From: Lepidodermella squamata
Taxonomy: Eukaryota; Animalia; Gastrotricha
NCBI GenBank assembly: GCA_047495785.1
Contig: JBLDXI010000024.1
Coordinates: 3,286,001 to 3,350,000, forward strand
Direction of reading: 5' to 3'
DNA: 64,000 nucleotides
Position numbers and translations under genes: made by a program. The stretch's first letter is position 1; every line of letters starts with the position of its first letter. This document shows positions 51,002 to 64,000 of this stretch, in pieces. The notes under the pieces are model-generated. The model was not told the DNA's origin. It saw only the letters and a program-made list of their open reading frames with translations, and made no database searches.

Positions 51002-52893
51002 ATGACCAACTCTGGTTGTTTGGATCTATATAAAGACGTTCAGAGGGTTTTAGTCGGCTCTGAAGGATCTTCCGACTATGTAACCACGGCTAAGCGATGC
51101 TCAACGGCAGAAACGTCGGAAAACACTTACGCACTTAAATTCTATGAATTCAAGCCGAATACATCTCAGGACCAATGTGGGGAGAAGTCATCGGCCGAGT
51201 CTTACCGACTCATGTTTATCAGAGCCGCTAATCTACTACAGGACATCAGCCATTACAGCATTGTCAGAATCTTTGGATGTTCGGAAGGTCTGTTAGCTTA
51301 AAGCTCCATAACTTGATATCGCATTTACTTCTTAAAAGATGTGGGAAATCTCACTTTCTGCCTGGAGAGGGAATATTTAGAGGAAGGAAGCCTTTTGCAA
51401 GAGATCAAAAAGCGATCAAAGGGCCTGGATTATCATAATTTCGAGCCTGAACAGATCCGCAACTGGTTTACCCAAATCGCCCTCGCGCTACACTACCTGC
51501 ATCAAGCTCATAAAATCGTACATTGGAACTTGAAATCGCGAAATGTTTTCTTCTGCACGAATAAAACGCGCGTGAAACTTGGCGTTCCTAACATGCTACC
51601 GCAAGGCGCCTACTCGAATTCGGCTGTTCCTTACATGTCCCCACAGCAGTTGGAGGGCAATCCGCCGCAATTCAGTGACGATCTCTGGAGCCTTGGAGTC
51701 CTACTTTTCGAAATGTTGACCTTTCGATATCCTGTAAGTTTTGATTAGCAAGCTTCCGTCGGCTTACTCCTCCAATTTCTAGTTTGAACCTCAACTTGAA
51801 GATTTGCCCAAATCCAGACGAGCAGCCCTTCTATCAGCTATAAACAAGTAAGTCCTAATGTGGCAATGATTTCTTAATCCTAATTCCATTCTAAAGAGGT
51901 GAAAGGTCCTGCAACTTGCCGAAAGAAGTACCAACCCAAGTTCAGTCTTTGGTAGAAGAATTGCTCCAAGTTGATAAGGAGAAGAGAATCACCCTGGATA
52001 AATTGATCGAGCATAGTTACCTACATGGAGCTCTGACGCCGTTCAACCCCTTGAAACAAAGCCTGGTTAATAGAGAGCGAAGTTTGAGCAGGCCACCGGA
52101 AAACAACTTCACAGCCTTGCCGAAGCATCACGAAAATGGCGGCTCATTCCCTATGACAGCTTGGGCGTTTTTCGGATGGTTTAAACGGACTGATGTAAGC
52201 TAGTTAATACTTTAGAGTGATAGTTTCCTTATTGATGAGTCTATATAGGACCAACAATTCGTTGATGCTGCTTACTGGGGCGATGTTCCTAAAGCTAGGG
52301 CTTTATTGGACCATGGCGGGGTTACATCACTAGAAGTCAAAGATACCAGTTATTTCTGGTATGCATCTACAGCTCTAATCGCTGCCAGTGAGTATGGCCA
52401 CGACGAAATGGTTAAATTTCTCATTGAACGAGGGGCGGATGTTGAGGCTAAAGACCGGTGTGGAGTGACGCCCTTGATAGCATCAGCTACAAACGGCCAT
52501 TTATTATGCGTGAAACTGCTCATTGAGTTGGGTGGAGCGGAAACTGAGAATCGGAATAATTTAACCACCCCTGGAGGTACAGCTTTAATGGCTGCGGCGT
52601 GCAAAGGCCAAACTCATGTTGTGACGTATCTAATCGACGAGGCGAAAGCTAACATTGAGGCAAGAAACGACCATGGATCAACTCCCTTAATCGGCGCTAG
52701 TTATTTTTGTCATCTCGAGACAGTTAGAGCTTTGCTGAAACGGGGAGCCGATGTGAATGCGGAGCGGTCTTTACCTGGTGATCGGCGAACAGCTCTCGAA
52801 ATGGCGGGGAAGTATCCCATGGCTAGTGCGCTGGTGAAACGGGATATGGCTGAGATTGTTCGATTGCTAAAAAATAAAGGCGTCAAATATTGA
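51002..52893 (+). CDS. NEK-like pseudokinase fused to C-terminal ankyrin repeats (5 exons)
   Basis: YALK, IRNWFTQIALALHYLH, HWNLKSRNVF, PYMSPQ, DLWSLGVLLFEM. In-frame splice RTD|DQQFVDAAYWG leads into ~5 ankyrin repeats. Confidence 0.8.
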
Positions 52894-52946
52894 TGATCAA
52901 TTTTATTGAAGAATAAATTGCCAATCGATAATAAATAATAAATAAA

Positions 52947-53798
52947 TTAGATTTTGGTGGATTTCATGACTTCTTGACCTTCCTTCCACGGCGTGAAAAC
53001 TGGAGCCGTCCTAATGAATCCAGTCCCTCGAGCTGTCACAACTTGCCCTGCTGGGGCGTTTGGAACTTTGACAATCGATGATTTGTAATCTTTTCCATAA
53101 TTTACAACTATGCCACCGGTGGAATAGTAGCGAGAGGGCTTATAACCAATACGGGTTGTACTTGGTTTCAGCGGCTCTGAATAAGCCGAGGTCTCGTCCA
53201 TTAAAGACTCAGTAGGCCGTGGGAAAGGGATCATTCCCGCACGTAGGGAGATTTTCAGTGGCTGCTTTTGCTCGATTGATTCTTCCGCTGGCATCGAGAG
53301 TACTAACTTAGGGACATGGTCACCCTCGTAATAAGCCAATGGCCTGTTGTCGGCAAAAGACCGCTTTCCGAATATTCGAATTCTGTTGAATGAGATGATT
53401 ACTCAAGTTTGAGAATTCAAATGGTCAAACCTATGCTGCAAAGCAGCAGGCATTCCGAAATGAGAGTCGCGATGGCCTATTAGGACCCCTCGTTGCAAGG
53501 AAGTGCTGTATTCGTTCGACGGCTCTCGCTTACGTCTCGAAGTTTCAGCTAGAAGTTCTTCCAACATCGCCAGATCTGGGTCGTCCTCGCTGATAGACGC
53601 CAGTTTCCGAAATGGCGAGCCTCCGCCGGTTTTCAGGCGTAAACGGGAGTAGAGTTCTTGGGCAGTTAGTCCCGATCGCTTTTGGCCAAGTCGCAAATTT
53701 CTCATATCGTATAGCTCTGGATCATCATCCATAAACATAAGCTCGCCATATGACAGGCAAACTACACAGGCTGAAATGACGGTAAATAATATTGACAT
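52947..53798 (-). CDS. Putative neuropeptide/prohormone precursor (2 exons)
   Basis: Signal peptide with KR and RRKR sites. A 48-nt intron (53430-53383) joins ..AALQHR|IRIFGKR. TATA-like CTTATAAAA upstream at ~53840-53848. Confidence 0.7.
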
Positions 53799-54463
53799 TT
53801 TAGCCGAATTTTAGTAAAAAATATGTTGCATCATTCCGCTTTTATAAGAGGACCAATCTGCTATCGGCGGCAGACATCGAATTTTCGAACGCAAATTATC
53901 GGGAAGTGGGATGTGCATGCTATTATGCCTCCTACACAGCAGTTGAGTGGTCGCCATTTTTATGTATGGATATTAGTTATTATAGCTGGTTAAATTGAAA
54001 TGAGAGATCTTGAATTACCTGGCGCTGTCCACCCGCTCATCGATTAAATCTCTGCGCCGATCGCAATATTTTGATGCACTTTTGTCTAGTCGTGTATAGC
54101 CAATCCTGGTATGTGAGAGCAGTTATGAGCTTGCCATGACTGAGAAAAAGAATTGACTTCCTTGGTTTCGTAATCCGATCAACTTTCCAAAGCAGTTTAG
54201 GGAGCAATTCGCTATGGCTGCTCGGTGAAAATTTTTACATCATAGAGATCACGTTACGATAATGTTAGTACCAATTTGGTATCACGTTAGCGGTTTGTCT
54301 GTATCACCCGTTTCGAGGTGACTCCAGGGAGCACCACGAGGAGGTCAACCGCTCAGCTCCCCGAAACAAAATCAAAGCGCAAAATAATTATGAAAGCTAC
54401 CGCAGTGGTGCAATTATCACAAAGGGCGTTGCGTCTGGCCGTTCCGACTTACCGTCAACAAAA

Positions 54464-57400
54464 TCAATCATTAAACTTACAAACACATTTAGATGGTAGC
54501 CATGGTTTAGCCCAACCGGTGTAATTCAGCACTCCCCATGTTTTGTTTGCTAACAACATCGTTCCAAACATTTTTCTTGTAGCTAGAAAAAAAAGCTTAG
54601 ACTTACCAATACATGCAATGACCACCTGGCTGTCCCATGATAACGGGTCCAGAGTCTCGATGTCATAACATTCGTAGGTAAAATTCGTAGCAAACTCATA
54701 GATCGCATTAGCCGCAGCCGGGACTACACCAGAGATTTTGACATTGGGATAAATCGGCGGGCTGTCACAATTCAAGGGAATGCAAACACCAGGCGTTTTC
54801 GGCTCCCACTGCTGGGTATCACCGCAGTAAATAGTTTTCGATTTGACGTAACTATCACCGTCTTTGAAAGTGTAACCGCGGACACAAGTGTACTCCCAGG
54901 TTGTGTGCGCCCTGTTCTGAGCATCATAAGGCAGTGGATCAGGAATGGTGAAATTATTCCATGAATAATCCACAACAGGAGGCATAGGACACCGCGTGGA
55001 CTTGCAAATGATCTCTTCCCCGGTCCAGTCACCGTACGGTGGGGCGCAGATTCGAACAGCCAAGCCGGTTGAAACCATCATAAAATCATCGGCACATTGA
55101 TAGAAGAGAGTCATGGTCCCTGCCGAGACTTCGACATTTGGCAGACGGACAGCACTACTGTTTGATAAATCGGGATACATGCCGCATAACGTCCGGCAAT
55201 CCAGCCAATCACCGACCCATCTTTGATTGCCAGTGTTGCATGTCAAAACAGTAGTATCACCCTGCCACTTTGAGTTGGTGAAACCAGGCAAGCAGGTGTA
55301 ATTCACTGAGATCTTCGAGCTGAAATCAGAAGTGATGATCTCCTGCGAAGTCCCAGTCATAGTCGGCGGAGGCCCACATTGGCCCGGGAAATAACCGCAA
55401 TCATCCATCCTGAAGTACGTATCAGTTCCTGTTTCGGCGGCGCCCTCACCCGGGACACATGTGTCATTCCGTATCTTGCAGTCCCCTTGTGTAGAGCTTT
55501 TCAGGGTGAAAACAGCTGTCCGGCAGGTCCAGCTACCAAAGACTGTGCAGTAAATCGTGCATTCAGTTGCTGTAACTTGCTTCGTTAGGTTGTAAGCGAC
55601 GCCCTCGTCACAGTTGAAATTTGGAATTTTCAAGTATCTCCCAGGTTTGGTGGATCGCCGGACTTTCATGGATGTCCATGATAAATTCGGATCATAGCCG
55701 TTTTTGAATGTGTACCAATACATTTGGGCACTATCAGGGGATTGCTTGCCATAAATAGCGTTCAGGTTGGATGTCTCGGCAGTTGAACTAGAGGAAACGC
55801 ATGGGGTGGGTTGGTCGAACCACCAGCCACCACATAAGTCGAAAATGAAGAAATTTTTGTTCAATGCCTTGAGGGAGTCTCCAGCAGTGGAGCAAGCCTG
55901 ATAGTTCGCGATGTTGAGGGTGTACGCATCACTCTCGGTGTAGAAAAGCTTGTAATAGGCAAAAGCGTATTCATTTCCGGATCGCATTTCAACAAGAAGC
56001 TCGAAATTTGCAGCGGCTGTCAGCCCTTTGATAAGCTTGTTCCCCATCCAGTAATTGTTAGATACTGAACCGATCTGATAATCGAAACCAGCCAAATCGA
56101 GCATGAAAGTTGTCGTGTCATCAACACGACGCTGGATTTGGGTCCATCCTCCACCGAAAGTCTCCATGTCGCAATACGCCTTGAAGGTAACCGGCGACCC
56201 CGCTCCATTGTCAGCAACCATGTCGCTGAAAGTTTGCGACAGATATCGGCTAGTTATTGGCAGATTAGCTTGCTTCCAAGTACAATCATTAGGTGCAGCA
56301 TAAGCTTCAAAATTAATCCACTCAAATCAGTCAAAAATAAGCTAAATCGGAAATCTTACGTTTACAAACAAGGTCACTTCCTGAATAGACTCCACTGCGA
56401 TCGGCCAGCATTAATCTGTTGCTATCGCCGGAAATTTGTCTGAAGGCATGATTGCACTTGTGGCTGTAGGTTGTCTTTCTCCAGTGACAAACTTGGGTAG
56501 TTGAAGCCTTAGGGCGATACAGGATATCGCCAACTTTGGGTTTTATCGCCATTTGTGTAGCTAAACATGACTTGTCCCAGCCGGTCAAAGGCGCCCAGAT
56601 TTGGCCATAAGACCAAGCTGTACTACCCCAATACGCGGCGTTGAGGTTAGCGATTATTCGGCAGCCTGGATTGTTATCAGGCCACGTCCAGCTACCGTCA
56701 ATCGGAGGGTACCACCAAGCACCAAACCATTTAGTGTCATGCCAGTTCATGCAAGCCTTCATGGACCCTCTATCAGGTGTTTGGAAAGGCTGATTGTTGT
56801 GTTCCCACTGACCGAATGCATCACCAGCAAATAAGTTACTCGGCGTCGATGAGTCGTAATTCTTCAGCTGGATTCTATAGTCTTGTTTTTCAGGGTAAAT
56901 TTTGATGTCATCATAGTAGGCATATTTCCACTGTGAGTCAATAGGACTTTTGCAACCTACAAGGAGGGCGTACGGCGCTGACATTGTGAGGCGACTGACG
57001 ACTTCCAGCCCTAACCAATGATCTCCATTCAGACCCTTTGTTGGGCTCGAAAACCCATTTTTATAGTCGCCCCAGCCTCGCCAGAAATCTGTCTCGCCAT
57101 CAGTTCGTCTCTGAATGACAGTCCAACCTGTGCCTCGATTGGGATAATCTGTCGAATTATAGCTGGTTTGGTAATCGCAGAACGCCTGGAATTCAGTGCC
57201 ATCCGAGAGTGTTAAAGTACTAACACCATGGCTGCTGGCAGCCGCGAGGCAGTCCCTGTTTCGCATTCGACGCTTAATCGCGATTTGCGTTGCTGCCATA
57301 GAGACTTTATCCTTTCCCAGTGTGTACCAGTTTACGCCAACGTAACTACGAGGATCGTCGAAAAAGCCGTTCAAGTCAGCTCGCGTCTGAGAGCAATCGG

Positions 57401-60400
57401 TTGGCAGCCACCAAGGACCCTGATTATTTGTTATGATGCAACTTTGACTTTGACCCTTGTCAAAAGTTGAAAATGGCTGATAATTCGATGTCCCCATAGA
57501 GTCTCCGGCCGCTTCCTTTTGATCAGTTTTAGAGTCGAAACCCTCAACCGCAATCGCATAACCATCTTGTTCACTCAACAAGTAAAACTCGCTATAGTAA
57601 GCATAGTAGGTCTGGTTATCAGCGGGGTTTTGGAGTGTTATCAGAGCTGAATAAGCCTGAGACCTTGTTAGCTGGTAGACAGTCTCCAGGCCTAGCCAAA
57701 AGTCGCCTTTCATTCCATCTGGGCCCGAAAAGCCGTTTCTGTATTCGCTGTAGCTTCTGTTGAACAGCACATCGAAATTTGTTCTCCGCTGGATAACAAT
57801 CCAACCCAAGCCTGCTGATTTGCTCATCGAGGTGTAGTAAGTCGTCATATCGCAGTAGACCTGAGTTGGCTTCATGCCGTACGGATAGATGTAGTAAATT
57901 CCGTCGTCCGCCATGCCCTGTCCCAACATATCCACGCAATCGATTGGTTTGGGCCCACGTCTTCTGACCATCATAGTTGCAGACTTCAGGCTTTCATAGC
58001 GGCCCTTCCAAGGAGCCCAGTATAAACCACCTTCCCAAGTGTTGACATCGTAGAGACCGTTTAGGTTGCTCTCGCAACATTTTCCGTTGTCCCAATATCC
58101 CCCATGCCACCACCAGCCAGTGCTCTTGGAGGCTGAACAGCTAGAAGCAGCTACGTCCTTCGTTCTGAATGGCTGCCAGTTGTGCACACTCAGCCCATCG
58201 CCAGCGACTTCCATCACTGTGTTGTCTGAATTGTAGCCATAAACAAGAAGTTCGTAGCTTGTGTTGCTGTGCAACCAAAACGCATCGTATCTCGCTGTTC
58301 GCTTCTCGCCATTGTAGTCTTCGAGAACAACAGCCAGTTCGTACGGTATCCGGGTATACTCAATATCGGTCATGGCCCAGATCCATTTGTTACCCAAGTA
58401 GTAGGCGCCGTTGGGTGAACCGAAACCTCGGATGTACGTCGTGAAGTTTTGCTCGAAACTCACGCTTGGGTCGTTATATCGGCGTTGGATAACAGTCCAT
58501 CCACCTTCAAGCGCATTCATCTCACAATATGCTGTGAAACCATCCCCAGTAACAGTATATAGCGTGTAGGCTGAACTTGCAGCACTGGGGTTGGCTTCTC
58601 TGATATCCAAACAGTCACTTGGATAAGGAAACTGCGGTCGCAATTCTGCAATGTAAACAATGAGATAAATGATACATCTATTGCGAGGATCTTACGCTGC
58701 ATCAAGAAAGGCAGGGATGATCGTCTAATCATCATCTTTGTCGACTTCATGCTTTCCCAGAAGCCCCGCCAAGTTTCCCATGTGATCATCGATCCCTCAG
58801 TTTTGGCAGAAGCCATTCCGTTCAGGTTGGCCGAAGTGCAGTCTTTCACTTCACTAGCTGGCTTATACCACCAACCTCCAAATCCTCCTTTTGCACAGCC
58901 GAATGAGGTCGCGCTTCCTGTATCGTTGTCGTACGTGTAGAATCGTTGGTTGTTAGCCTTTGGTAGGAACGAGTCTGACGCAGAGCATTCGTAACCTGCC
59001 ACATGCAGCGTGAAGCCGCCAGATTCAGGGTCGATGTAAAAATCTCTGTAATAAGCCATTTGTTCCACGTCATCGATCGAAGTAAGCACGATGATCATGT
59101 CATAGCGGTTCATGGATGTAGTGATAGTGTTGATGTAGTTATTACCCAGCCAATAATTGCTCCCCAGCTCACCAAACCCGGCACGATAATCGTCCCATTT
59201 TTGGTAGAAATTTCTTTGTGCGTCTAATCGCTGCTGAAAAACCGTCCAGCCTCCGCCGTAGCTGTTCATATCACAGAATACTGACATCGGAGCCTTAGCG
59301 CCGGGAGGATAGATGTTGTAAATTCCATCGGTGAGAGTGGGTTGGCGCAATGCATGGTCTTCGCAATCCACTTGAAGCATCGACCATTGATCTGAGCAAA
59401 AGAACATTTAAACAGAAATTGCTATTGTTACTTAGCATACCGCAATGAGGCCAAGGGTTTTCTTGATAGCCAACTCCGAACGAAGAGGTATAGCCAACAG
59501 GGCACAAGCATTGACAGCCTTTTTCGTAGGTGCAGCAGGTCGAGCAAGGCGCATGAGGCGGACAACCATAGACTTTGAAAAATGATTCGGCTTGAGGGCC
59601 CACGAACGTTACCGGAACGATTCTCAAAGTCTTTGTCCTTATGTTCGGACAGAAACTAGTCGTAGCATAGAAGGACATGCTGCGAGCTCCCGGGAAAACC
59701 TTGACACCAGAAACAGGATTCGCTTGTTGGTTTAGAATTGGGTAGAATAGCCTGTCATTTGTCTTCTCAACCATGAACCACAGCGAGTAAGATGTGACAA
59801 GCCGATCTACGCTCGATCGCGATTTCCCCTTGACTGCTAGAGCAGAAATCGACGTCGATCTACCGAAATTGATCTGAAAAAATTGGCGCCCATCGGTAAG
59901 AGGTTTTGGTGTATTGAAGACGGCGGCTCTCTCGTCGTTATCGAAGCTAAACGAATCGGTAGCGCCATTTGAAACTCCCAACGATCCGCCCCATTTATTC
60001 AATGCCTCCACAAGCAGCTCGTTGTTACAAACTTATTAGTGCCACATTATATTAACATGTCGAAAAATTCCCAAAGTCATTTTACCTGGTGGTTGCGCGT
60101 CTACGTAGTAGTTTTTCCCCGAAGCAATCGTAGAGCAGGATGTACCTGTCCATCTGAGGTTGAGAAAGTAGAAGTCAACATTGTTTCGAGCTTTAAGATG
60201 ACTCACCCCACTGGGCAATTACAAGAGCAAATGCCAATCGAATCGCAGCAATCGAAACCTTCAAAAAAGCAAGTGGTCAAATTGAATACCGCATCCGACG
60301 AGTTATTACAAGGCATTGCCTTTTATTTTATTTCAAACGGGGTCCAAAAGTCCAGTCTTTCATTTCCTATCTCCACTTTATCCTGTTCTGTGTCTGCCTG

Positions 60401-63400
60401 TTTTAGTTCCTACACGTAATACAGCCCCCGCCTCCACGCAACGGGTCTGCCCTTTATTCAAGTTCTGCCTTCTAATTCGGTATATACAGTAGGCTGATTA
60501 GGCAAGAAAACAAAAACAAAACCCACAGAAAGCGTCTGGTCAGATGGAGCCTCTGGGCTAAAAACTCCGGAGCGTACCTCCTTTTCGGAATTTACCAATT
60601 TTTTTTTAAATTAGGGCGACCGGAAGAATTTTCTATCCCTCGTCCCTCGTCGACGAACTTACCGGAGAGATTGAAAATGTACTGGGTTTCGATGGTAACT
60701 GGTTCGGTAATTATCGGTGTTATTCCCGGATGGGCTAAATCTCTCCGGGTGTTTTGAATTTTGAAACAAATTGGAAAGTGACATACTAGATTCCTATTCT
60801 CATGACATATTTAATTTCTTTTTAAGATTTTCTGGGCTCCGTCTCTCAGTTGGAAGTTTTTGATCCCTTTTACATGGATTTTCGTTGTTTGTGTTACTCA
60901 TGAGACAAGCTATATAACCCTTTTCTCGGAAGAATTCTATGCTAGAAAGCTCCCGTCATCTGCCAAATGCTACCAGGCCATTCGTGGTGTTATTATTTTT
61001 GCCCTGCCGAAAAAAATCGCATACTTACATCTTTTTCCCTTGGCTGAACAGCCGAAAATATCGATCACCATCGATATAACGTTATTGTAATCGACAGGTA
61101 TGATTTTCATGGCTTTGAGCTTCATTGGAGGGCAGAATGTCTGTATTGTTGGCGCAGTTGCGTTCATTGGACCGATGAAAAGCCTCGGAGATTGGTCGAT
61201 TCCGGTATAGTAGTTAAAAGTATACTCATAGCCTGTGTGAGACCATTGAACGTAGTAGGTTTTGATCCATTGGTTCTTCTTTGTGGAATCATAGCTTCCA
61301 GCCATGACGAGACCTGTGACAACTTTCAGGATGGCAAACTCGATTTTCCAGAATGATAGGCCGTCATCATAGGTTCGCGGTGACCACCCTTTAATTGGGG
61401 TATTTTTATCTCCTTGTGTCAGGCCATTCGCCTCATCTGGCCACCCACTGTCGGCGGTTATCTGATGGGTAATGTAAGGAAAATAGCTAGCCCCATCAAA
61501 CAACTCATGCCAACAGTCGCACAGGCTGGTAACTGTGAATTTAAAACAAAGATAGACGTAGCGTGGAGAGAATAAAGATTCGAATTACATTTGGCGGTGC
61601 TAGCGCAACCTTTGATATCCGCACGAAGGAAAGGCTTCACAGCATAGGACAGGATCCACAATGTTAATTCAGCAGCTTGAAGCCTAGGGCATATTTCTTG
61701 AGAGTTTCGAGTTGATTCAGCGCCATTTCCAGCAAAAATAATCGGTGCCAATTTTGTCCAAAACGCGGTTGATTTGTGAAGATGAACATGAAGTTCTTTG
61801 GAGCCAGGTAAGGCGCGATAGCTGACGATGTAGTGCAGTATGCGCCCTGAACCGCCGGAAAGTCCCTCTGTTCCGATAGATCGGACGAAGATTGGGCCGT
61901 TTGAAAACTTGAACCTAACCCAAGCAGGATCACCAGGGGTATTAGCGACCGACGGGTCCGGACACCATCCCAAGTTAGTCTGGGCCAGGTTAGACGGAGG
62001 ATATGACCCAGTGCTATCAGTGTAAACAGAACTGGCTTCATACCCACTCGCTCCAACGTAGGAGCTGGAAATCACGCTGTCAGCACAGGCTGATGAATAA
62101 GTGCCAGCTGTAAAAAAGATTAATTTGGAAGCCTGCGCGTCGCAATCAAACAAAGGTAATGAACCAACTCTTGATGCACTTGATTGTGGGTGGCAGAGCT
62201 GCTTTCTCGCAAAGAGCAATGTCACTGTTCTGCATATCGATATCATTCATTCCAATGCCACAATCCCACCAGAAATTGCCAACGATTTCATTGTTTCCGG
62301 CAAAATCAGGTTGTCCTTGTAGCCAGTTCAGATAACCAGTATCGTTCATCCGAGTACCATCGTCCATTTCCCAAAAATCTGGCTTCTCCGGAAAATCATA
62401 TATCTTCAAAATAGACATTCCAACATAGACTGGATCGCGCCAGTGCGTCAGGTATCTAGCGAATTTTGCCTCCATGGGATAGTTAGTCGCTACCAGGTAA
62501 GAATTCATGAATTCACATTGCTGTCGAGCACTGCGAAACTTATGGCCATTGACAGTCCCGATTTTTTTGTAGCACTTCCCATTGAAGAAGTTCTGAATTG
62601 AAGTAAAATTGCTAATAATAAAAGCCCTAACTCAAAACGAAGGTTAATACCCAGCCAATTTCACACTCCAAGCAAGGCAAGGGCCGCTCGCAGATGAAAA
62701 ACCCGTTGATTGTGTTTGTGTCGACAGTAGTCCTGACTCTAACAGAAGTGCTGTTCCAGTAAAGATAGGCCCACTTATGGTTATTTTGAGGGAAGCCGTC
62801 GGACCAAAACGTCGAATCATTCGCTGCACCAAAAACTCCATTTGGGAAGGGTGCGTTGTTATCAAGATCCCAATCTGGTTCACAATAATAACATTTTCAT
62901 TTTATACAAAATGAGAATATCCCTACTTTCATCCGGATCGCCGACTTGAGAGATGTCTGCTGCATCAGGCGTGCGCCTCATCCGAAGACTGTTGTCCAGG
63001 CCAACCCAGATGGCAGAGCCCGTCATAATACTGCTGCTCGAGCTGATGAAAGCAACGAGCTGAGCGAACACTTTGGCATCAGTTATCGATACCAAATTGA
63101 AAGTATTGAAGGCGTCGTAGCAATAGCCTCGAGCGTCGAAAGGGCTTGTTTTTGTGACAGAACTAATTTCCAAAAATGACTTGGATCGACGCATTGATCG
63201 AGCGACAAAAGCCTTACGTGACAAGCTTGTAGCAGGTTGAACCGACTGATGTGAAGCCTTCAGGGCAAAGATCTGAACAGGTGGCAGCCGAAGGCACCGT
63301 ACAAACAGGTATCGAACCGTCTTGGCAATTACGGGTGTGGATGTACTGGTCATTATTGATTCGAGTGCATGGTTGGTACCAATTGTTCGTCCACGGTAGA

Positions 63401-64000
63401 TAGCTTAGCCTGTTGTTTGGGTAACTTTCCCAAGTTGATGGCTCGCCCTCCCACTTGTAAGCCGCTATACAAGGAAATTTACTGATTAGACATCTTGAGT
63501 TATGTAGTCTCACTCTTGTTTCTGAGGACCAAATCAAGCCAGAACCCCTCCTTTTGCAGTTCATTCATTGCTCGAGTCATCACTTGGGTCTCGTATCGCT
63601 GCAACAGCGTCAGTGGCCGCAGCCCAGCGGCCTGGCATTTGTTAACCATTTTTGGCCTATCAGCCGTATCACTGAATAGCCAAACGCATTTATTAGGTGC
63701 GACTCGATAGCCAGCATTGAGCTTTGTGAGACCAGAATCATCACTAGGCGCTTGGCACTCTGAATTTGGAATGCCATGACAATTAAAAATTTCATCAAGC
63801 TCGTAGATTTACCCAAGCATGTAGTGGGGGTATTTGCATACTCGCAAATGAAGCGAAATTTCGTCGACGCGTCAAATGACGTGATGTTTCCAGCAGATCC
63901 ACCGGTCGAAACTGTTCTTGTACTATTGCAGAACGGGATGAGCAAGTTGTCGGGTTTCGACATAAGGGCAGCATAGCAATCTAGTGACGTGGGCCAAGTT
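54464..64000 (-). CDS. Giant modular extracellular protein (5' end beyond window): >=4 CTLD, 3 F5/8, 2 EGF-like, 5 fibrinogen-related domains, PAN, ~5 Sushi/CCP
   Basis: FReD motifs (YCDM..GGGWTV.QRR, YWLG, GGWW..C..ANLNG) occur five times. F5/8 motifs GW.P, IF.GN, R.DI.GC; CTLD motifs QPD/WIG-like; CCP motifs CG.PP..Y.C..G...W. Exons are linked by short GT-AG introns; the exact 3' end is uncertain. Confidence 0.85.

Overview
Compact, gene-dense invertebrate (metazoan) genomic DNA with mostly ~45-66 nt spliceosomal introns; the taxon cannot be determined from the sequence. The left 17 kb is an accessory region: an LTR end, a frameshifted Cys-loop ion-channel pseudogene, and a ~3 kb segment duplicated in tandem. 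Each copy carries a head-to-head pair of paralogous 4-exon genes for small secreted Cys-rich proteins that I cannot assign to a known family. Copy 1 is interrupted by ~3.6 kb of nested non-autonomous DNA elements containing a long palindrome, and a decayed Gypsy element separates the two copies. The middle holds a complete gamma-type outer-arm axonemal dynein heavy chain gene (DNAH5/8-like, 18403-36925). Its introns host two identical tRNA-Leu(UAG) genes and an antisense intronless SLC46-like MFS transporter. The right part contains ankyrin proteins, a tandem MRH-like secreted protein, a PAN/CTLD/kringle protein with an apparently split lectin domain, a GABA-B-like class C GPCR, a defensin/toxin-like peptide, a NEK-like pseudokinase-ankyrin fusion, a neuropeptide precursor, and the 3' part of a giant CTLD-F5/8-EGF-5xfibrinogen-PAN-Sushi protein. 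The best candidate for an undescribed system is the duplicated divergent Cys-rich gene pair, whose last exons diverge in parallel.
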